Source: an uncultured delta proteobacterium (GTDB lineage: Bacteria > Desulfobacterota > Syntrophia > Syntrophales > UBA2185). Taken from it: DNA of 64,000 nucleotides. The DNA lies in NCBI GenBank assembly GCA_963695875.1, contig CAVOID010000014.1, positions 64,001 to 128,000 of the forward strand, read 5' to 3'. The notes under the pieces were generated by a model. The model saw only the letters and a program-made list of their open reading frames with translations. It was not told the DNA's origin and made no database searches. Within the stretch, counting starts at the first letter, position 1. Every line of letters starts with the position of its first letter. Of this stretch, positions 56,503 to 64,000 are shown one piece after another. Position numbers and translations under genes: made by a program.

Positions 56503-57379
56503 ATGCAGACTAGTCCAACATCACAGGCCCGAACCTGGCCGATTTACGGCAGGCTCGGCTTATTATTGGCCATTATTTTCTGGATCATGAACTGGTCCTT
56601 GACCGGACTTCGCACGCACTGGGGGTTTTTCCCCATGTGGCTGGGGTACTGCCTCACCGTTGATGCGCTGGTTCTCACCCGAAAAGGCCACTCATTGTTG
56701 ACCCGTAGTCCCGTCGCCTATGTGGCGCTCTTTTTCATCTCGGTGCCGGCCTGGTGGCTCTTTGAAGTCATAAACTGGCGCACACAAAACTGGTACTACC
56801 TGGGTGAACAATACTTATCTGATGTTGAGTATTTTCTGTTGTCTTCTCTGAGCTTCTCAACGGTTATGCCCGCGGTCTTCGGCACGGCAGAGCTGGCCGG
56901 TACATTTACCTGGATTAACAGGAATTAAGAGTGGCCCCCGATTTACGCTAACTCCTGCCACATTAATTATTCTCTTTACCACTGGCTGTATTATGCTTAC
57001 ATTGATGTTGATCTGGCCTGTTTGGTTCTTCCCTTTCGTCTGGCTTTCAGTTTATTTCATTCTGGAACCACTCAATGTGTGGCTGAATAACCGCACACTT
57101 CTCCGGTATATTGCTATGGGTGACTGGCGACCGGTACTGGCGCTGTGGGTCGGTTGTTTTATTTGCGGTTTTTTCTGGGAAATGTGGAACTTTTACTCAT
57201 ATCCGAAGTGGGTATATCATATACCCTTCTTCAATCTCCTGCATATTTTTGAGATGCCGTTATTGGGCTATTTCGGCTATTTACCATTTTCCATGGAACT
57301 ATTTGCCCTGTACCATTTTACAAACGGGTTGTTCAAACCAGGTAAGCATCAGGACTATCTCCGGTTCAATATGTGTTGA
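56503..57379 (+). CDS. Trp-rich integral membrane protein of unknown function; frameshift near 56925
   Basis: Internally repeated WWLFEVINW...WYY and FFWEMWNF...WVY motifs; FEMPLLGYFG. Confidence 0.7.
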
Positions 57380-59118
57380 GGTGCCACGGTTTTTTTCTTC
57401 TCTTCTGCTCGTACATCAATTTATCTGCGCGGGACATAAGTTCATCGAGAGAACAGGGGTTTGCGGGATCATAGTATGCCGTGCCCATGCTTATTGAGAT
57501 TTTATAGCGTTTGCCGCCTTTTTTGTTGTGCATATCAATCTTATTCTGTAACCGGGTCATTATAACCTCCGGATATAGCCCCGTAGTATCTATCGCAAGA
57601 ATCGCAAATTCGTCTCCCCCTATGCGGGTTATTATATCGCTGGCTCTGAAGGTATCTTTGAGTATAACTGACACCTCACGGAGAGCGCTGTCACCTTCTT
57701 CATGACCCAGCGTATCGTTGATCCACTTCATGCCATCGAGATCTGCAAAGAAGAGCAGCATATCTCTTTTGTACCTTTCTGAGAATCTCAACTGCTGATC
57801 TGCAAGGGTTAAGAAACCCCTCCTGTTATATAAACCTGTAAGCTGGTCTGTCATCGAAAGAGATTGTATTTCTTCCTCCGTCTTCTTACGTTCTGTAAGA
57901 TCCATGGAATTTCCCAGGACGGCACGCTTCCCCTCCCAGGATATGGAAGTTACCATCTCCATGAGCCATTTGATTTGACCCTCCCTGGTTATTATTCTGA
58001 ATTCATAAGGGAATGTGCGTTGTCCATGAAGCATGTCGATGACATTCTTCTTTAACTGTTCCCTGTCTTCAGGATGGACGAGCTTCATCGATTCTCTTCC
58101 TATTAATTCTTCCTGGGTATATCCGAAATAGGAGGCGGCATTGGAGTTAAGGAAACGAAATTTGCCGTTCTGTACAACATAAACACCGGCAAATGACTTC
58201 TCAGCCAAAACGCGGTAAAGTTCTTCGCTCTCTTGAAGTGCCTTCTCAGCGCGCTTACGGTCAGTGATGTCCTGAATCAACCCGTCATACGCCTGGAGCC
58301 TTCCTTGCTCATCACGCCGCGGAACGGGTGTATTTCTGACCCATCGCTCTATGCCATCCTTGCGGATGATGCGGTGCTCAAGGGCCGGTGCCTCTTCTCC
58401 TGCTAACACCCGCCTTGCATGATCTTCAACTGCCTTGCGATCCTCCACCGCTACCATACGAATCCACAGGTAAGGATCAGCGGCAAATTCTTCTTCCGTG
58501 TAGCCAGTAACAGCCATGCAACCTGGTCCATGCCTGGTATCCACCGCTTTTCCACCTTCGATGCGCACCGTATAGATGTAATCGGTGATGGCTTCGGTGA
58601 TGCGCCGGTAACGTCTTTCACTCTCTCGAAGCGCTTCCTCTGTCCGTTTGCGGTCAGAGATGTCTTTTGAAACTATTGCCACAATTGTTATTTTCCTCAT
58701 GATCAGGCTCTTCAACAGGGCTAAATGTACGGAGAAAATACCTATTATCTTTCCAGCTTTGATGTTCATGCTGGATCGATTTACCGGTTGTCAAAACCTC
58801 TTTTATCGTATTTGTAAAGTATTCTGTCTCTTCGGGAGAATGAAATTCTCCATACGACCTTCCGATGATATTACCCGTCGTCAAACCCAATCTAGATAAA
58901 TGTTGACTGTTAATAAATAAATATCTGCAATCCTCGTCTACTAAATACAGGGAGTCAGAAGTTGATTCCACCAAAGCGCGATACGCATCCTCAGATTGTT
59001 GTTTGTGCTTCTTGGTACTTTTCAAATTCCTTATCTCACTGGTAATAATTTCTTTAAACTGTTTGTAAATACCCTGTAATTTGCCGCTTATTCTAAATAT
59101 AAATTTTGTTATTAGCAA
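57366..59118 (-). CDS. Diguanylate cyclase with three PAS domains; frameshift near 58700, start uncertain
   Basis: TDQLTGLYNRRG, DLDGMKWIND, RASD I-site plus GGDEF; three PAS/PAC repeats. Confidence 0.9.
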
Positions 59119-59369
59119 TCATTAATTATAATAACAAGCGATATCTATTGTAGTATCTCCATGGATTGTGTATAAAAAAGCCTGATCTTGAAAAAGTACC
59201 TCATTGGAGGGATCTGATCGTTGAGGGGAGGAAAAAAGCGTTTTCCTAAAACACTTATGCATATGGGTATTCCAGGGAGGGAAGGATTACTTATGAAACC
59301 GTCTGTCATATCATTCTCTGTCGCAGCGATGTTTTGGAGGGTCATGTAAAGGTGACATTAATAAATATT

Positions 59370-59420
59370 GTGAAGCTCCCCGCCCACAGGGCGGGGCTTG
59401 CAGGATGTGCTCCCGGTCAA
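59370..59420 (-). mobile_element. Miniature IS200/IS605-like element, family B, internally deleted copy
   Basis: gtgaagctccccgcccacagggcggggcttgcaggatgtgctcccggtcaa equals both ends of the 62109 copy fused. Confidence 0.7.
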
Positions 59421-59620
59421 GATATTTAAACCTGGCCGCGGGCGGACAATGACAGTATCTGATTGATATAAAATAATATTATTTATTTCTATTGACAGCA
59501 CGATTTTATTATTAAGTTATTTTTATTTGACATATTTTCTTTTACAGGTATTATTTCAGTACAGTATATTCAGTCCTATCCAGAGACCTCATTTGCAGCC
59601 CAGTTAACCTTCAACCCTGG

Positions 59621-60061
59621 ATGGGTATAAGTATTTACTCTCAAGTGAACGAGTCAATGCAGGTAGAACTTAGAAATCACCCACGATTTAGGGTAAAAAA
59701 GCAGCCCTTTGCCGGGTTGATCGGCCCGGAATCAAAAGATATTTTCCAACTGGGTCAAATTGTGAATATAGGCAAGGGGGGTGTATGTTTACATTACATC
59801 ACCACCGAAGCGTGTGATGATGTAGTTTCCCACATCAGCATTTTCGGACGGACGGACAAATTCTTCAATATTGAGAAGATCCCCTGCAAGGTCGTCTACG
59901 ATGTCAGCATTCCCACCAAAGGATGGGTTAACCTGCCGGAGAAGCGCTGCGGTATTGCATTCCTGAGCCAGTCCTCAAGCCAGAAACAGCAACTAGATAA
60001 CTTTATAAAGTCTTTCGCCATCAACCACAATATTGAACACCGGCCACCTCGGAAAGAATGA
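59621..60061 (+). CDS. PilZ-domain protein
   Basis: RNHPR (RxxxR) and NIGKGG motifs; RCGIAF. Confidence 0.75.
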   Translation: MGISIYSQVNESMQVELRNHPRFRVKKQPFAGLIGPESKDIFQLGQIVNIGKGGVCLHYITTEACDDVVSHISIFGRTDKFFNIEKIPCKVVYDVSIPTKGWVNLPEKRCGIAFLSQSSSQKQQLDNFIKSFAINHNIEHRPPRKE

Positions 60062-60320
60062 GGTAGCCATCAAGCATTATTGAAGCTCTCCGCAGTAAAC
60101 TGCGGAGAATTTTCGATCCACAAGGAATAATATTGTTCCCCATTCGCTCGCTTACCCCGTAGCAAGTTACGGGGAATGCGCTCGCTGCCGGATTCAGAGT
60201 TCATCAGACTAAAACCAAATTATGCCACGGCACATTATAACTTGGCGTTACCTTGTGCGAAAGGAAATCTTAATATAGCAATGCCTCATCTCTACGAGGC
60301 AATTCTCCCTAAACCCTCCG
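60057..60320 (+). pseudogene. Decayed TPR-protein remnant interrupted by the mini-element
   Basis: NEVAIKHY|SEFIRLKPNYATAHYNLA...AMPHLYEAILPKP after removing 60080-60192. Confidence 0.5.
60080..60192 (-). mobile_element. Miniature IS200/IS605-like element, family A, copy 3
   Basis: Near-identical to the 23638 copy; interrupts a TPR-coding remnant. Confidence 0.8.
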
Positions 60321-60440
60321 ATCACATTTATCTTAGCCTCACACCTTCTTTCTTAAATGTCCCTGGTTTTATCTCATTGACTTGACCTGTGTTTCCTTTT
60401 ATAAATTTTGTATTTAAGTTCTTGCTCCGGGCACTTTACA

Positions 60441-61629
60441 ATGAGAAAATTCAATCTGAAAATTCTCCTCATCCTATCTCTGGGTCACCTTGTAACAGAT
60501 ATATACCAGGGCGCACTTCCTGCTATACTTCCATTCCTGAAGGACAATCTTTCCCTCTCATACACCATGACCGGCATTATACTGATGGCTGCCAACTTTA
60601 CATCTTCTTTAATCCAGCCCCTTTTTGGTTTTATCTCAGACAAGCAGAAAAAAGCGATTCTCCTTCCTGTTGGGTGCCTTTGTGCCGGTATCGGGTTTTC
60701 TTTATTGTCTCTACCTTCAAGGTACATATTCGTTCTCATGCTCGTTGTCATAAGTGGATTTGGAATCGCCTCATACCATCCCGAAGGCTATAAAACCGCT
60801 CATTTCTTCACAGGTGAAAAACGGGTTACGGGGATGGCCATATTCTCAGTTGGCGGAAACCTTGGATTTGCCCTCGGCCCAATAATCTCCATCTACATAA
60901 TTAAATACATGGGATTTCCTTCTTTGCCGTTTATTATTATTCCGGCAATACTCTTCACAGCAATAATAATCTTCTATTGGCGGGATATATCACCTGCCGA
61001 AATTAGAGCAGATGTGGCAGTGAAAAAAGAGAATAGATCCAAACAGCCAAAAGGCATCTACATATCTCTATCGATGGTAATCGCAGTTGTGATTATGAGA
61101 TCGTGGACACAGATGGGCCTCATGACTTACATCCCTTTTTACTACATAAACCATCTCAAGGGAGACCCACTCTATGCAGGAAAACTCGTATTTGTTTTCC
61201 TTCTCGGCGGGGTTTTGGGTACATTAGGTGGAGCACCTCTGGCTGACAGATGGGGTCATAAACTCTATTTGACCGCTGTCCATGTTCCTCACCACTCTGG
61301 TTCTGCCTTTAATCTTCATTACGGAAGGCAACATGCTATTCATCGTCCTCGGACTTCTTGGGATAATTTGTATTTCCACGTTCACTGTTACCGTAGTGAT
61401 GGCACAGCAGCTTCTGCCCGAAAACCTTGGGGTTGCATCCGGTCTCATGGTAGGTTTCGCCATTGGTGCGGGTGGCATTTGTGTCACGCTGCTCGGTGTC
61501 GTTGCCGACCACTTTGGTGTGCCTTTCGCCTTGAAATCCATTACGATTCTACCTTTCATCGGGTTCATACTCAGCATGATCTTAAAATATCCAAAACAGC
61601 ACGGAGAAAGAGCAATAAATGAGATCTAA
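60441..61629 (+). CDS. MFS transporter, Fsr (fosmidomycin resistance)-like; frameshift near 61270
   Basis: GHLVTDIYQG, SSLIQPLFGFISD, YHPEG, FSVGGNLG, GVASGLMVGFAIG. Confidence 0.88.
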
Positions 61630-62092
61630 TTCTCTGAAAAATTGTACATCGTTGAATCACAATTTTATTAAATACTGGCTTCCGGTTATTCTCTGGATGG
61701 GCGTTATATTCGGAATGTCAGCCGGGACATTCTCCTCAGAGCATACTTCTCGATTCATCGCGCCGCTCCTGCATTTCCTTTTTCCCTGGCTCTCGCCGCA
61801 AGATATGGACCTGATACATGAATTGATCAGAAAGGCCGGACATGTCTCTGAGTACTTCGTCCTGGGACTGCTTCTTTTTCGTGCTTTCCACAGCGACTCT
61901 GCACAAGGATGGCACCCGCGTTGGACAATATACACCGTTATTGGTGTAATAATATACGCGGTGGGTGATGAGTTTCATCAGTCATTTGTTGCCGCGAGAG
62001 GTGCTTCTCTTGTTGATGTAGGTATCGACTCAGCCGGCGGCATTCTCTCACAGATCGCGGTCATGCTCCGGCATCTCCTTCGGAAGAAATGA
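61619..62092 (+). CDS. VanZ family membrane protein
   Basis: WMGVIF, IRKAGHVSEY, DEFHQSFV..R. Confidence 0.88.
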   Translation: MRSNSLKNCTSLNHNFIKYWLPVILWMGVIFGMSAGTFSSEHTSRFIAPLLHFLFPWLSPQDMDLIHELIRKAGHVSEYFVLGLLLFRAFHSDSAQGWHPRWTIYTVIGVIIYAVGDEFHQSFVAARGASLVDVGIDSAGGILSQIAVMLRHLLRKK

Positions 62093-62108
62093 AATATATT
62101 CTGGCTTT

Positions 62109-62216
62109 GTGAAGCTCCCCGCCCACAGGGCAGGGCTTCCCGGAAAGGAAACTATGCTTACATTGCACCCCTTATCCCCGCCTACAAGGCGGGCTTGCGG
62201 GATGTGCTCCCGGTCA
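62109..62216 (-). mobile_element. Miniature IS200/IS605-like element, family B, full copy
   Basis: Two GC hairpins; minus-strand end GAAGCCCTGCCCTGTGGGCGGGGAGCTTCAC resembles an IS605-group right end. Confidence 0.7.
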
Positions 62217-62401
62217 TGCGAGAGACATCATTTTAATGGGAGTCAATACTTATTTTCCTTGATTTCGACTGCCTTTTCATCTACTTTATATGTCATAAGA
62301 TATCGCTAAACCATAATTCTGTTTGAACATTAAGCTATTCTGTCGCTCCGGAGGAATTCATCCACACACGAAACAAATCTTTATCTCTGTGAGAAACCGC
62401 C

Positions 62402-64000
62402 ATGGGCCTTCTTAAAAAGATCCTCATCGGATTAGCTGTTCTAATTGCTGTTGTTGGAATTGTGGGATTTTTCATCCTGCCTCCGATTGCAAAGTCGCTG
62501 CTTATTGAGAAACTGTCCGGAGTCCTCCACAGAGAGGTTACGATTGAAAAAATCAGCATTAACCCCTATACACTGTCCGCAAGCCTCAAAGGATTTGCGG
62601 TAAAAGATCCTGCCGGATCATCGCCCTTCCTGTCTTTCGATGAACTATACGTAAACGCCCAGGGGATATCATCCCTCTTCAAGAGGGCCGTCATCTTTAA
62701 GGAAATACGAATAACCCACCCATATATCAACGTATCCCGCCATGAAGACGGCTCATACAATTTTTCAGACCTGATTCCGAAAGAGGAGACAAAACCAGAG
62801 GCAGAAAGCAAACCCCCGAATTTTTCTCTGAACAATATTCAAATCATCAACGGGAGTATTGACTTCTGGGATGGGCCCAAGAAGACCCGTCATACTGTCC
62901 GCGAGATGCATTTCTCCATCCCCTTTATCTCAAACATCGAACACTATGTTAACGACTATGTGGACCCGCGATTTTCGGCCGTAATTAACGGCAATCAATA
63001 CGAACTGGCGGGAAAGATGAAACCTTTCCTTGCTTCAAGGGAAATGAGCTTCGATATAGACATCCGGGACCTCGACATACCTTATTATCTTAACTACGTC
63101 CCTGTGAAGATGAACTTTAAGCTCACCTCGGCTCGCTTTGACACGAAGATGAAGGTAGATTTCATCATGCACAAAGATAAGTCACCTTCCATCAAGCTTG
63201 CGGGCAGTGTGGCTTTAAATAAAGTCGCCTTGGATGACAGACAGGACAACAAAATCCTCAGGCTTCCGGCCCTGAACGTCACTCTGGCATCCGTTGAGCC
63301 TCTAATTCCGGACATCCACCTTTCACAGGTTTCCATCCAGGCGCCTGAACTTATCATCAGACGAAGCAAAGAGGGTACTTTGAACCTCTTGACCCTTGTG
63401 CCGCAAGAGAAGCAGGAAAAGAAGGAGAAGAAGGAAAAGGACGCGGCGCAGCCGGAAAAGAGAACGGCTATGAAAGCCCGGATTGATGAATTCACGATAG
63501 ATAAGGCGACTGTAACCTTCCTCGATTCATCACCGGTGGAACCTGCAAAAATTAGCGTGTCTCCTTTCAACCTTAAAGCTGTGAATCTATCTACGGAAAA
63601 GGGGAGCAGTGGAAATGTCGATCTATCGCTTACCGTGGATAAAAATGGCGAAATCTCTATAAAAGGACCTTTAGGCATCGATCCTCTGCACGCGGATCTC
63701 GCGATCAATGTGAAGAATCTAAATATAAGAACCTTCCAGTCCTACTTCACCGACAAGATCAGGATCAATGTAACACGCGGCGCCGTTTCAACGGCAGGGA
63801 ACTTATCTCTATCGCAGGATAGCAAGGAGAAGCCCCGCGTGAAGTATGCGGGCAAGATTTCGGTTTCCAATCTTGCCTCCATCGATAAATCACACTCCAA
63901 TGATTTTTTGAACTGGAAATTGCTCTACTTCGATCAGGTCAGTGCGGGTTATAATCCCTTCTTCGTCAGTATCAAGGGCATTTCTCTGACAGATTTTTAT
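62402..64000 (+). CDS. DUF748 (AsmA-like) domain protein; runs off the window end
   Basis: Reading frame from MGLLKKILIGLAVLIAVVGIVGFFILPP...REVTIEKISINPYTL...DGSYNFSDL; absent from the ORF track because it has no stop in the window. Confidence 0.8.
   Translation, partial: MGLLKKILIGLAVLIAVVGIVGFFILPPIAKSLLIEKLSGVLHREVTIEKISINPYTLSASLKGFAVKDPAGSSPFLSFDELYVNAQGISSLFKRAVIFKEIRITHPYINVSRHEDGSYNFSDLIPKEETKPEAESKPPNFSLNNIQIINGSIDFWDGPKKTRHTVREMHFSIPFISNIEHYVNDYVDPRFSAVINGNQYELAGKMKPFLASREMSFDIDIRDLDIPYYLNYVPVKMNFKLTSARFDTKMKVDFIMHKDKSPSIKLAGSVALNKVALDDRQDNKILRLPALNVTLASVEPLIPDIHLSQVSIQAPELIIRRSKEGTLNLLTLVPQEKQEKKEKKEKDAAQPEKRTAMKARIDEFTIDKATVTFLDSSPVEPAKISVSPFNLKAVNLSTEKGSSGNVDLSLTVDKNGEISIKGPLGIDPLHADLAINVKNLNIRTFQSYFTDKIRINVTRGAVSTAGNLSLSQDSKEKPRVKYAGKISVSNLASIDKSHSNDFLNWKLLYFDQVSAGYNPFFVSIKGISLTDFY

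Overview
Bacterial chromosomal window, about 40-45% GC by eye. Gene content and order (carD-PIN/TRAM-ispD-ispF-gltX; mtaB-rnc-radical SAM-era-der; W-type AOR; HDOD/PilZ/GGDEF proteins; DUF748) suggest an anaerobic Desulfobacterota, Syntrophales-like (inference). Many essential genes (valS, gltX, miaA, era, rnc, cca) carry single-base frameshifts, which points to indel errors in a long-read assembly rather than pseudogenes. Most of the window is housekeeping. Four things stand out. (1) A full-length 2,3-BPG-independent phosphoglycerate mutase homolog at 25176-26768 is circularly permuted. (2) An AT-rich two-cassette integron array (attI-like site plus two attC sites, no integrase in the window) carries a HhH-like protein and a PD-(D/E)xK restriction-like nuclease. 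(3) An AT-rich module encodes a multi-PilZ/GNAT-like protein, a hybrid kinase with a V4R/H-NOX-like N-terminus and a divergent TtcA-like PP-loop enzyme, possibly an undescribed signal-synthase/receptor system. (4) Two related families of ~110-bp IS200/IS605-type miniature elements occur; one copy can be excised on paper to restore a TPR reading frame with no target duplication.
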